DNA of 64,000 bases. Origin: an uncultured Trueperaceae bacterium. GTDB taxonomy: Bacteria > Deinococcota > Deinococci > Deinococcales > Trueperaceae. Both the position numbers and the translations under genes were made by a program. The DNA is taken from the NCBI GenBank assembly GCA_963727505.1, contig CAVSGP010000002.1, positions 271,562 through 335,561 of the forward strand. Direction: 5' to 3'. Positions 31,516 through 41,348 of this stretch are shown here, one piece after another. The notes below the pieces were generated by a model. The model was not told the DNA's origin, did not search any database, and saw nothing but the letters and a program-made list of their open reading frames with translations. Position 1 is the stretch's first letter, and every line of letters starts with the position of its first letter.

Positions 31516-32973
31516 ATGAGCGATGGCCGGTCTGCACCGCTGATCGATCGCCAACGGGAACTGCGAGAACTCCGACGCCTACTCGCCGACGGTGAGCCTA
31601 GACTCGCCCTCCTCACGGGGCGGCGGCGTGTTGGCAAGACCTACCTGCTCACCCACGCGTGGGGCGACCGAGATTACTTCCTCTTCACGGCCTCACGCGT
31701 CACCGCCGAGGCGAACCGCGCACAACTCATCAAGGACCTTGCCGACTGGTCTGGCGAAGACCTCCGTAGCGAGGACTTCCCGAACTGGCGCACGCTCTTC
31801 AACCTGCTTCTCGATCTCAAGCACCCCCAACCTATCGTCCTCATCCTCGACGAGTTCCAATACCTGGCCGAGGACGGCGATCTCGCCACCGTCGCCAGCG
31901 AGCTGAATGCCGCGTGGGAACGCCAACGAGCTCCGCGGCCCCTCCTACTCGTGCTCTCCGGCAGCGCCGTCAGCACCATGGAAGGCCTCGCAGGCGGCGG
32001 GGCACCCCTCTACGGGCGCTTCGCCTGGCAGCACAAGCTCCAACCCTTCAGCTACTGGCATGCCACCGAACTCGCGCCCTTCGACGACCTCCGCGACCGC
32101 GCCGCCACCTACGGCGTCTTCGGCGGCACCCCGCGCTACCTCGCCGCCATCCACGTCGACCGCTCCCTGGTCGAGAACATCCAGACGCTCCTGCTAGCGC
32201 CCAGCGGCGAGGTGCGCACCCTCGTCGAAACCGCCCTCGACCAGGAGGAAGGCCTGCGCGACGTCGCCAAGTACCGGAGCATCCTCCGCGCCGTCGCCCA
32301 GGGGCGCACCTTGCGCAACGAGATCGCGGACCTCACCGGGCTCGGGAACGATCGCGGCCTCCGCGCCAAGCTCGACAATCTCATCGAGCTCGGCTACCTC
32401 GAGACGCACAGCAACATCGACGCGAAGGCCTCCGAGCCCATCCGCTATCACGTCGCCGACCCGGCCTTCCGCTTCTATCAACGCTTCGTCGAACCCAACA
32501 CCAGCACCCTGGAGCGCTACGAGCCGAGCCGGGTCTGGAGTGACGCCATAGAGCCGCAGCTGGACACCTACATGGGCCATGCGTTCGAGCGCATCGCGCG
32601 GCAAGCCTACGACCGGCGCGCGCCCGATCTCGGCTTGCCGCTCGTCCGGGAATGGAGCAGGTGGGAAGGCAAAGACCGAAACGGTGATCCCATCGAGATC
32701 GACATCGTCGCGCCCCTTCTCGACAAGCGCATGCTCACGGGCGCGGTCAAATGGAACCGCAAGCCCATCGGCCCCCACGTCCACTGGGCCCACCTCGACA
32801 TGCTGAAGCGCAGCGCCAAGGCAGGACGCAAATGGGCGCACCAAGCCCAGGAACCCGACGCGCCCATCCTTTACGTTGCGGCTGGCGGCTTCACGCCCGC
32901 ATTCACCAAGGTCATCGAGGAAACGGACCGCTCCATCACCCTCTGGACCCTAGACGACATCTACCAACCCTGA
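31516..32973 (+). CDS. AAA ATPase of the archaeal ATPase/DUF234 type with wHTH and C-terminal PD-(D/E)XK-like domain
   Basis: DRQREL, TGRRRVGKT, LDEFQYL, SGS, GGTPRYL, ADPAFRFY, EIDIV...GAVKW. Confidence 0.88.
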   Translation: MSDGRSAPLIDRQRELRELRRLLADGEPRLALLTGRRRVGKTYLLTHAWGDRDYFLFTASRVTAEANRAQLIKDLADWSGEDLRSEDFPNWRTLFNLLLDLKHPQPIVLILDEFQYLAEDGDLATVASELNAAWERQRAPRPLLLVLSGSAVSTMEGLAGGGAPLYGRFAWQHKLQPFSYWHATELAPFDDLRDRAATYGVFGGTPRYLAAIHVDRSLVENIQTLLLAPSGEVRTLVETALDQEEGLRDVAKYRSILRAVAQGRTLRNEIADLTGLGNDRGLRAKLDNLIELGYLETHSNIDAKASEPIRYHVADPAFRFYQRFVEPNTSTLERYEPSRVWSDAIEPQLDTYMGHAFERIARQAYDRRAPDLGLPLVREWSRWEGKDRNGDPIEIDIVAPLLDKRMLTGAVKWNRKPIGPHVHWAHLDMLKRSAKAGRKWAHQAQEPDAPILYVAAGGFTPAFTKVIEETDRSITLWTLDDIYQP

Positions 32974-33201
32974 CCGGCTGCCGGTTCGGGGAACAGCGGC
33001 AATCGCCCGAAAGCGCCAGACGGCGTCGACTGAAGCGGCGGTCAACTACCTACCCGCGGTCCGGTCGGCCGCCAGGCTGGTCGCTCCGCACCCTCCGCAA
33101 TTCGCACACGGTTCGCACACAAGCTCCTAGGGCGCAAATGCTCCACTTCTGCTGTGCTGCAAGCACGCTTCCGCCTCCTGCTCGGCGCTTCGTGATCGTC
33201 C

Positions 33202-35259
33202 TCAGGTAGTTAGAAATGAGCTCGGCGGACCCCCGCACGTCACCAGCAGATGCTCGCGCGCCCGCGTACAGGCGACATAGAACAGGTTCCGCTCCTGCTC
33301 CACGAACGATTCCCGCTCCACCTCATCCACCTTGGTGCCGAGCACGTACTGGTTCGGCAGGTAGCGTTCCTCACACCCCATCACGACCACCACCTTGAAC
33401 TCGAGGCCCTTGGCGCGGTGCATGGTGCCGATCGCGATGCGCTTCGCCTCCAGGGGCCGGTCGTCCTTGAGGAGCTGCGCCTTGAGCCCGAGCCTTCCTG
33501 CGACGTGCTTGGCTCGCTCCTCCACCAGAGCGTTGGTCCGCGCGAAGATGGCGATGTCCGAGGCCGCGTAGCCGTTCGAGGTCAGCTTCTTGAGGAACTC
33601 GGTCACCTTCTCGATCTCCTCGGCAGGGTTGCGAGCCTGAACGACCTTCGGCTCCGGGCCCGAGAACAGCGAGATCGCGTCTCGCGTTTCCTCTTCCCCA
33701 TCGGGATCCGTGAGGGCGGCAGGGAGAATCCTATCGGCATACCTGCGGATCTGCTCGGTGGTCCTGTAGTTGAGCCGCAGCCGGGACGAGCGGCCCCGGA
33801 CGTCGATGCCGGCGCGCAGGAAGCTCGTTCCACCCTTGTAGATCCGCTGCCCGAGATCGCCCGCCAGGAAGAGGCTCCCGGCATCTCCCACGAGTTCACG
33901 CAGGAGCCCCAGCTCGGCCGGCCCGAAGTCCTGGATCTCATCGGCCACGACATGATCGAAGGGCCGTTCGCCGGCCTTTTCCAACTGCGCGGCCGTCTCG
34001 TAGCACAGTCGCTCGTACGTGCGCAGCCCCGCCTGCTCGAGCTCCTGATGGAGCACGTCGAAGACGCTCCAGGCCTGCATCCGCTGCCGCGCACCCAACG
34101 GTGTGCCGCGCCCCACGCGCGGGAAGCCTCGATACGCTTCCCAGCTCCGGATCCCCTCCGCATCGACGACGGCGTCCCATTCCGATTTCAGGAAGGCGAG
34201 CGGGAGGTCCGTGCCTCCAACGCGCTTCGTGGCGTTACCCAACGCCTCTTCGATCTTCTCGTCGTTCGCCAGATGGAAGGCCTCGTCGTGACCACTGCGC
34301 CACAATTCCGTCGCGACGTGGTGGAAATGATCCACACGGATCCTGTCGAGCTCCGGCGCGGCCTCTCCCACGAGCTCGAGGAGGTGCTGGTGGAGGCGGG
34401 CCGCCAGGGTCTTCGAATACGTGGTCAGCAGGATCCGCGCGTCCGGGTTCGCCCGCGCCAGCCTTGCGGCGCGATGCAGGGCCACCACGGTCTTACCGGT
34501 CCCCGCGCCGCCGGTCACGCGTGCGGGGCCGTTGAAGTCGCGGTCGACGACCTCCTGCTGCGTCGGGTGCAGGAACACCACCCACTTGTTCCAGGGGGCG
34601 GCCAGCGCCTGCTCGAGCACGCGGTCGTCATCGATGACGCGGAAGCTGCGCTGCGCCGCGGGATGGCGGAACGGGTCGCTGCCCTCGACGGGCACCGGCT
34701 TCGGACGGGGAACGAGTTCGCCACTCGCCAACCGCATCAGAGCCTCTGAAGCCTCGCGCGGCAGCTCCTCGATCAGCTGGTCCACGAACTGCGCATCGTC
34801 CGCGATCTTCACAGCGTCCAGCCACACTGCGGGCACGCCCAGGGCGAGAAGGTAGTCGTCCTCGAAGGAGGCGAACAGCGGAGGGCCGTGGACCTCCGCC
34901 GTGTGGAATTCATGGACGATCTCCTCGTGCCGCTCCTCGATAGTCACGAACTGGGGCACGCCCGTGAGCTCGTTGACGTCGAGGCGCCGCCGCTCCGCCC
35001 AGGCATAGGCGGCATCATGATGGTCGGCGTAGCAGATCACGGTGTTGTCGCCGTCCTTGTGCACGATGAAGCGCAGATCCTGGCTCACGCGAGCGGACCA
35101 GAAGCGCTTGTCCTTGACGGCATCGAGCCGGTGCAACTGGAAGCTCGGGTGCTCCGGATTGGCCTTGAACTCGAAGACCGCCGCCGCGACCAGCCCCTTG
35201 CTCTGCGGGTCCAGGCGCGCCAGGCTGTCGGTGAACGTGTCAGTGATGATGAACTGCAC
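33202..35259 (-). CDS. SF1 UvrD-like helicase with N-terminal RelE/ParE-like domain
   Basis: GGGAGG RBS and GTG; N-terminal FWSARVSQDLRFIV...DHHDAAYAWA; GGAGTGKT, VADEIQD, GDLGQRIY, NYRT, TMHRAKGLEF, YVACTRAR. Confidence 0.88.
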   Translation of the reverse strand: MQFIITDTFTDSLARLDPQSKGLVAAAVFEFKANPEHPSFQLHRLDAVKDKRFWSARVSQDLRFIVHKDGDNTVICYADHHDAAYAWAERRRLDVNELTGVPQFVTIEERHEEIVHEFHTAEVHGPPLFASFEDDYLLALGVPAVWLDAVKIADDAQFVDQLIEELPREASEALMRLASGELVPRPKPVPVEGSDPFRHPAAQRSFRVIDDDRVLEQALAAPWNKWVVFLHPTQQEVVDRDFNGPARVTGGAGTGKTVVALHRAARLARANPDARILLTTYSKTLAARLHQHLLELVGEAAPELDRIRVDHFHHVATELWRSGHDEAFHLANDEKIEEALGNATKRVGGTDLPLAFLKSEWDAVVDAEGIRSWEAYRGFPRVGRGTPLGARQRMQAWSVFDVLHQELEQAGLRTYERLCYETAAQLEKAGERPFDHVVADEIQDFGPAELGLLRELVGDAGSLFLAGDLGQRIYKGGTSFLRAGIDVRGRSSRLRLNYRTTEQIRRYADRILPAALTDPDGEEETRDAISLFSGPEPKVVQARNPAEEIEKVTEFLKKLTSNGYAASDIAIFARTNALVEERAKHVAGRLGLKAQLLKDDRPLEAKRIAIGTMHRAKGLEFKVVVVMGCEERYLPNQYVLGTKVDEVERESFVEQERNLFYVACTRAREHLLVTCGGPPSSFLTT

Positions 35260-35385
35260 GTGGACCTCCCGAGAAGAGGATGGCGTTGGGGCGCACTTGC
35301 CCAGCGTTTTTAACGCGTTGACCGGCAACAAACCTGGGCGCCTCGGCGACCGCCGCCTCCGAGGCGCCGACAGCACGCCGCACGC

Positions 35386-38300
35386 TCACGACGACCTCGC
35401 CTGCTGGAGCCGATCGATCAAGGGCTGCAAGCTCGTGGGGTCGACATCGTGCGGATCGGCTCGGTAGAGCTCCGCGTCGTAGCGCCCGTCCGCCGTCCCC
35501 ATGGACACGACCGCGAGCGCCCGCTCCCCCGACGGCCACACGGCGACAGCGGTCTCCGCCGTATTGGCGCCGTCGCGCTGGAGCTCGATGAACATCCGAT
35601 CCGGGTCGGGGGCAGGCACCCCCGCGTCCCGGAGCGTCTCCAGGAACGGGAGCCAGCCGGCGTCGAACGCCCGTACGACCTCGAGGGCCTCGCTCCAGAG
35701 GGCGGCCGCGGCGGCGGGACCGGCCGGCTGGGTTCCCTCACCCCGGCGACTCGGGGCATCGTCCGCCCAGAGCGCTTGGCCGTCATGCAGGAGCTGTTCT
35801 TCTCGGACCTCGGGGACGGGCGGGTCGGGGATGATCGCCGAAGACGCGTCGTAGGGGACGATGTCGGGGGTCACGGCGGCCGCATCGAGGCCGTCGGCGA
35901 GCCTCTTGAGCTGTCCTCCGTCGGGCTTGTCGGCGCTCAGCACGACGCGGTCCCGGGCCCGCGTGAGGGCGACGTAGAGGACGCGCCGGTCCTCGGCCTC
36001 CTCGCGCTCCTTCCGGCGGCCTTTCAGGATCGTGTAGAGGCAGGGCTCCATAGCCTCGCCATCGTCGTCCTCGAGCTTCACCGCGACGCCGATGTCCGGC
36101 TCGAGCAGCACCGGAGGCGTCCGGTTGCCGCCGTTGCCGGCCAGATCGGCGACGATCACCACCGGCCACTCCAGCCCCTTGGCCCGGTGCACCGTCATGA
36201 GCGTGACGGCATCATCGGCGTGGAGCAACGGCCGCGGCACCTCCACCTCGTTCTGCACCAGGCGCTGCAAGCGACGCGCCACCGCGAAGACGTCCTCGCT
36301 ACCGTGCTCGAGCTCGCGGATGAGCGCGGCGAACCCACGCCAGTCCGCCACGCGCCGCCGGGCCCCGGGGAGGTTGGCGAGCACCGCGCCGTACCCGGTG
36401 GCCTCGTCCGCTAGCTGCAGCAGTCGACTCGGCGGAAGATCGCGCTTGTGAGCGAGCAACGGCCCGAGCACACGGACGGGCCGTTCGAACTTGTGGCTGG
36501 CGTCGCTGGGGAGTCGGACCGCGCGTCGCGGCGCCTCTTCTACAACGCCGGGAGACGTCGCCGCCTCCAACGCCTCCCACCAGGACGCGTCCTTGTCCTT
36601 CGCCTGGGCCAGATCGTGCAAGGTCCGGTCGTCGATGGCGAAGAAGGGGCTGCGCAGCAACGCGACGAGGGCGATGTCGTCCTTCGGGTCGGCCAGGAAC
36701 CTCAGGAGCGCGAACCCGTCCTTCGCCTCGCGCGTGTCCAGGAGGCTGCCGCCGCCACTGTGCACGGCCGGCACGCCGAGCGCGGGGAGCACCTCGGCGT
36801 AGGTGTCGAAGGGCTTCCAGGTCCGCGCGAGCACGGCGATGTCGCCGTACTGCAACGGCCGGTGCGTACCCGTAGCCTTGTCGTGGACCGGCGTGCCGCG
36901 CTCGATGAGGTCACCGATGACGTCGCCGATGGTATGCGCCTCGGCCACCACGCGCTGCGCCCGGTTGGGGCCCTTGACCTTCTCGAGCGGCACGAAGCGC
37001 AGGTGGGGCGCGTCCCCAGCGGGCTCGCGCTCCGCCTGGAGGTCCTGATGGAGGTCCCCCAGGACCGCGGCGAACACCCGGTTGAGGCCCGTCATCAGCG
37101 CGCGATGGCTCCGGAAGCTCTGCTCGAGCACGACTTCGTCACCGCCCGCACCGCGGATGCGCTGGCGGTAGCCGCGGAAGACGCCGACGTCGGCCCCCCG
37201 GAAGCCGTAGATGGCCTGCTTCTCGTCACCGACGACCGTCACGATGGGCCCACGGGCATCCTCGCCAGCCGCCGTCGCGGCCGCCGTCGCGGCCCCCGGC
37301 ACGTCCCCACCTTCCAGCAGCAGATCGAGGATGCGGGCCTGCACGGGGTTCGTGTCCTGGAACTCGTCGACCAGGTACGCCTTCCACCTCGCCGCGTAGT
37401 GCGTGCGTACCTCGTCGTGCTCCAGCGCCCGGAGGGCGTGCACTTCGAGGTCGGCGAAGTCCAGCGCCCGGGCGCGACGCTTGGCGTCGTCCAGGTGCGA
37501 GCGCACGCTGTGATGGGCCGCACGCAACCAGGGCAGCATCGCAGCCAACGCGTCGTCGGCAGGGCCCCAGACGAGGTGCACGCGCCCCTCGCCCGACGCG
37601 TCCTTGATGGCCCCCTTGACCGTGCGGAGCGCCTCCCGAACCGCTTCGAGCTCGGCCTCGTCCCACGCCTTCTTGCTGCCGGCGTTGGTGCGGAAGCGGC
37701 CCACGCACGCCACGGCCAGCTCGGCGTCGCCAGCCTCGAAGGCCTGCATCGCCGCCAGGCAATCGCGCCGCGCCAGCTCCCCCTTGTCCCCCTCGGCGCC
37801 GCCATAGCGCTCGAGCACCGCCCGCCGGCCCGCCCAGTCGATGGCGGCCATGGCCTCGTCGAACGCCCGGGCTCGCTCGCGCTCGATGAGCTCCCTCCAC
37901 TCCTCGGGCCCACGGGCAAGCGCCGCCTCGGCGCCGAGCGGATCCTCGACGAGCACCGGCAGCACCTTGTCGAGCACGCCGAACGGGACCTTCTCCAGCA
38001 CGTCGGCCGGCAGTTCCGCGAGAGCCTCCTCGAGTCGGTCCGCCGTCCAGAGCTGGCGCTCGAGGTCCTCGAGGACCGTGAAATCGGCCGGCACTCCGGC
38101 GGCTTCGGGGTGATCGCGGCAGATGCGTGCAGCGAGGGCGTGAAGCGTGCTGATCTGGGCGGCTTCGAGCTCGGCGAGGGCGATGGACCAGGGGACCGCC
38201 GGGGCCTCGGGATCGCTGGGAGCTGGGCCCGCCGACGCCACGTTGGGCTCACCGGCGCAGAGCCCTGTACCCGCCATCCTCTCGCGGGCGAGGGCACGGA

Positions 38301-38502
38301 TGCGGCCACGCAGCTCGGCCGCCGCCTTCTCGGTGAAGGTGACGGCCACGATCTCCAATGGCGACAGTCCCTGACTCAAGTGGTGGAGGTAGCGATGCGC
38401 CAGCATGTGGGTCTTGCCGGTGCCGGCTCCCGCGACGACCGCGACGGACCCCTGGGCGTGCGCGGCCAACGCCTGATTGGACGTCAATGCAGGACGCGTC
38501 AC
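35386..38502 (-). CDS. AddA/RecB-like SF1 helicase with an atypical C-terminus
   Basis: AGAGTGKT, TFTEKAAAEL, VDEFQDTN, VGDEKQAIYGFRGA, TVHRAKGLEW, YVALTRARD; GTGA overlap with the upstream gene. Confidence 0.88.
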   Translation of the reverse strand: MTRPALTSNQALAAHAQGSVAVVAGAGTGKTHMLAHRYLHHLSQGLSPLEIVAVTFTEKAAAELRGRIRALARERMAGTGLCAGEPNVASAGPAPSDPEAPAVPWSIALAELEAAQISTLHALAARICRDHPEAAGVPADFTVLEDLERQLWTADRLEEALAELPADVLEKVPFGVLDKVLPVLVEDPLGAEAALARGPEEWRELIERERARAFDEAMAAIDWAGRRAVLERYGGAEGDKGELARRDCLAAMQAFEAGDAELAVACVGRFRTNAGSKKAWDEAELEAVREALRTVKGAIKDASGEGRVHLVWGPADDALAAMLPWLRAAHHSVRSHLDDAKRRARALDFADLEVHALRALEHDEVRTHYAARWKAYLVDEFQDTNPVQARILDLLLEGGDVPGAATAAATAAGEDARGPIVTVVGDEKQAIYGFRGADVGVFRGYRQRIRGAGGDEVVLEQSFRSHRALMTGLNRVFAAVLGDLHQDLQAEREPAGDAPHLRFVPLEKVKGPNRAQRVVAEAHTIGDVIGDLIERGTPVHDKATGTHRPLQYGDIAVLARTWKPFDTYAEVLPALGVPAVHSGGGSLLDTREAKDGFALLRFLADPKDDIALVALLRSPFFAIDDRTLHDLAQAKDKDASWWEALEAATSPGVVEEAPRRAVRLPSDASHKFERPVRVLGPLLAHKRDLPPSRLLQLADEATGYGAVLANLPGARRRVADWRGFAALIRELEHGSEDVFAVARRLQRLVQNEVEVPRPLLHADDAVTLMTVHRAKGLEWPVVIVADLAGNGGNRTPPVLLEPDIGVAVKLEDDDGEAMEPCLYTILKGRRKEREEAEDRRVLYVALTRARDRVVLSADKPDGGQLKRLADGLDAAAVTPDIVPYDASSAIIPDPPVPEVREEQLLHDGQALWADDAPSRRGEGTQPAGPAAAAALWSEALEVVRAFDAGWLPFLETLRDAGVPAPDPDRMFIELQRDGANTAETAVAVWPSGERALAVVSMGTADGRYDAELYRADPHDVDPTSLQPLIDRLQQARSS

Positions 38503-41348
38503 TGCCGGTCGCCCCCCTGGCGCTTGCGCTCGACGCGCGGTCCCATGCGGCACACCAGGTCGAACGCGCAGTAGCCGCAAGCTTTCTGCTCGAGATCGGG
38601 ATCGACCGGGTAGGCGCCGGCCTCCAAGTGCCCCTGCACCCGCTCGACCAGGGCAGTCAGCTCCCCGTCGTCGATGGTGGCCTCCCCGATGACCTTCGCC
38701 TTCGTGAGCGAGTAGTAGTGGGCGCCGGCCACGGGGTCGCCCGGACGCAGGGCGTGCGCGGCCGTCTCGACGTAGAGCGGAAGCTGCACGTCCAGGTCGG
38801 CCTTGCCGCTGCTGCCCTTGGCGCCGTCGGGCTTGCTGGCCCGCGTCTTGTAGTCGAGCAAGACGAGCCCGTCAGGGCCAAGGTCGACCCTATCGACGAT
38901 GCCCCTGACCCGAAGGCCGCGCCACGTGCCCTCGAAGCCCTGTTCGAGCGACACGATCTCGCCGTCGGGCGTGAAGAAGTCCTCGGCCCGCAAGACCCGC
39001 CGCAGCACCTCGAGGTGCTGCGGGCGCCGCATGGGCCACGAGGCTTGCCGGGGGACCCCTATGTGGGCCTCGGCCTCGGCGAAGGCCGCATCGAGATGCT
39101 CGAGGGCCGCCGCCCGGACGTCCTCGGCACCTCGCGCAAGCGACAGCGCGATCTCGAGAGCACGGTGGTAGATGCTGCCGCGCACGAGCGGGCTGACCTC
39201 TTCCTCGGCCTCCTCGAGCTCTCCGAGGCGGAGCCGGCGCTGCGCGAACCACTTGAAGGCGCACTGACCGAGAGCGGTGAGCTGTGAAGCGCTGAACGTC
39301 CAGCGCGCCGGATCGAGCGGCACACCGACCATCCCGTCGTATTCGTCCCAGGGTTCGCCGCTCTCGCGCCGACGTTCGATCCGCCAGGCCTCGCGAGCGT
39401 GGCGCAGGACGGGGTCGTCTTCGGGTGCGTCGACAACGCTCCGATCAACCGGCGCGGGCCCGCCGTCTTCCTTGCCGCTTCGCAACCACACCGCCCGAGC
39501 CTCCGGGAGGCTCGCGGGCGGCTTGAACCCCGCTGAGCCGGGCTCGAGCCCGAGCGCCGCGAAGAGCGGGCTGGCGACGCGCTCACTGCCGCCGACCAGC
39601 TCCGGGTAGGTCAGCGTAGCGCCCTCTTCGGCCGTGTCCAGCGCGGCCCAGAACGACAGGCGCTCACGTTCCGCGGCCTCCGTTGCGCTCTCGAGAGCGA
39701 GTCCGGCGCGTCGAAGGCGCGCACGCTCGAAGAAGTCGAGCAGCGGGTCGTCGCGCACCGGCGCAGGCGTGAGGCCCTCGGCCATGCCGAGCACGAAGAT
39801 CTGGCGGTAGCGGGCTCCGAACACGGCCAGAGGCGAGTGGAGCGCGACCCCAGGAACTTCGGGAGGATCGACGGGCACGCTCAGCGTCGCCAGCAGGTCG
39901 TCGAGCTCGGCGAGGAACCCCTCCCGCGAGAGCGTGCCTTGCTCTGCAGATAGCTCGTTCAGGCCCGCGCGCAGCTTGCGCTCCGCACGGCGGTCGATCG
40001 ACAGCCGGTCCATCGCCGCCAGGCGGTCGCGAACGCCCAGCGACGTCAGCGTCCGCTCGAGCTGCTCGATGAAGCCCAGGCGGCTCGCCCTCTCGGGCCA
40101 GCCCAGGACCTCGAGCTCGCTTGCCAGCGACGTCCATTCCGACAGCCCATGGGGATGCCCCTTGCGCGCCTCGGCCCACCGTCCGGCATCCAGCACCCTC
40201 GCCAGGGGATGGGCCAGGAGCCGCGCCGAAGGTTCGAAGGGGAGCTCAGCCCGCAGACACGCCGTCAAGTCCTCGAGCCACGCGCCGAGCCGCGTCTCCC
40301 GCAACGCGACGGCGTAGGAGAGCTTGACGGGCAGGCGGTACTCGTCGGCAACGGCCCGCACAAGCGGCCCGTAGAGCGCCTCATCGCGGGCGACGAGCGC
40401 CACCGCCTCCGGATCCGTACCGCTGCGAAGCAGCGCCTTGACCTCGGTGAGCACCCACCGGACCTCGTCCTCCTGATCGGCGAAGCGAAGCGCTCGGGCT
40501 CCTTCTGGAAGAGCCGGCGAAACCTGCCCCCCTCCGCTGCCGAGCCCCGCCGCCAGCCGCTCCCCGACGGTGAGCCCAGGCGCGGGCTCCCGTTCCACGG
40601 CCCAGCCTCGGGCGGCGAGGTAGGCGGCTGCGTCCTCGCTGGCGCGGAACGAAGCGTCGTTCGCCAGGGGAAGCACGAACACGCTCCCGGCGCCGGCGAA
40701 GGCGTCGAGGAAGCGCAGCTCGCCGAGGCCCACCCGCGGGTACCCCGCAACGAGCACCGGCCCGGGACGCTCCACGCGCCGGCTCGCGATCCAGAGCAAC
40801 TCGGCACGATCGACCAGGCTCTCGGCGCGGAGGAGCTCGCGGTAACGGGTGACGACGGCGAGAACGCGGCCAGCGCGTTCGGAGATGGCAGCGTCAGGTC
40901 GTCCGCCGTCGTCAGCGCCCACCGCGCTGGAACCAGCGCCGGAACCAGCGCCGGAACCAGCAGCGAGCGGCAGGCCGTAGCCGGCACGCAGGATCTCACG
41001 CACCGTGGCTCCGTAGTAGCGCACGGTGCCCTCCAGGTCCTCCGGACGGAGCACGGCGCGCACGGCCTGCCGCAGCAGACGACGTTCCTTGAGCTCCGAG
41101 GCCAGCGCCAGGGGAGCCGCGGCGGCCCCCGAGAGCAGGTACTTCCCGGCGATCCGTTCGATGGAGTGGACGGGGCCCGTCAACCCCAACGCCCGCGCGG
41201 CTCGCGCGTTCGGGACGAGCACGTGTTGGAAGCCGCTCACGTCAGGAAGGGCGCGGCGCGGGCTGGCCGCGAGGACGACGCGCCGCGCTGCAGGGCCGCC
41301 GGTGTTCGGCTGGGGGACGGCGTCGCCCATGTTCGTATCGTTACGCAT
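38499..41348 (-). CDS. AddB-like PD-(D/E)XK nuclease with Fe-S staple cysteines
   Basis: Degenerate helicase-like N-terminus; SASQL...QCAFKW, GIVDRVD, LDYKT, QLPLY, CGYCAFDLVCR. Confidence 0.88.
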   Translation of the reverse strand: MRNDTNMGDAVPQPNTGGPAARRVVLAASPRRALPDVSGFQHVLVPNARAARALGLTGPVHSIERIAGKYLLSGAAAAPLALASELKERRLLRQAVRAVLRPEDLEGTVRYYGATVREILRAGYGLPLAAGSGAGSGAGSSAVGADDGGRPDAAISERAGRVLAVVTRYRELLRAESLVDRAELLWIASRRVERPGPVLVAGYPRVGLGELRFLDAFAGAGSVFVLPLANDASFRASEDAAAYLAARGWAVEREPAPGLTVGERLAAGLGSGGGQVSPALPEGARALRFADQEDEVRWVLTEVKALLRSGTDPEAVALVARDEALYGPLVRAVADEYRLPVKLSYAVALRETRLGAWLEDLTACLRAELPFEPSARLLAHPLARVLDAGRWAEARKGHPHGLSEWTSLASELEVLGWPERASRLGFIEQLERTLTSLGVRDRLAAMDRLSIDRRAERKLRAGLNELSAEQGTLSREGFLAELDDLLATLSVPVDPPEVPGVALHSPLAVFGARYRQIFVLGMAEGLTPAPVRDDPLLDFFERARLRRAGLALESATEAAERERLSFWAALDTAEEGATLTYPELVGGSERVASPLFAALGLEPGSAGFKPPASLPEARAVWLRSGKEDGGPAPVDRSVVDAPEDDPVLRHAREAWRIERRRESGEPWDEYDGMVGVPLDPARWTFSASQLTALGQCAFKWFAQRRLRLGELEEAEEEVSPLVRGSIYHRALEIALSLARGAEDVRAAALEHLDAAFAEAEAHIGVPRQASWPMRRPQHLEVLRRVLRAEDFFTPDGEIVSLEQGFEGTWRGLRVRGIVDRVDLGPDGLVLLDYKTRASKPDGAKGSSGKADLDVQLPLYVETAAHALRPGDPVAGAHYYSLTKAKVIGEATIDDGELTALVERVQGHLEAGAYPVDPDLEQKACGYCAFDLVCRMGPRVERKRQGGDRQ

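Noticed and set aside
40929..40960. GGAACCAGCGCC tandem repeat
   Set aside because: In-frame GSGA linker expansion inside the AddB-like gene; no independent function evident
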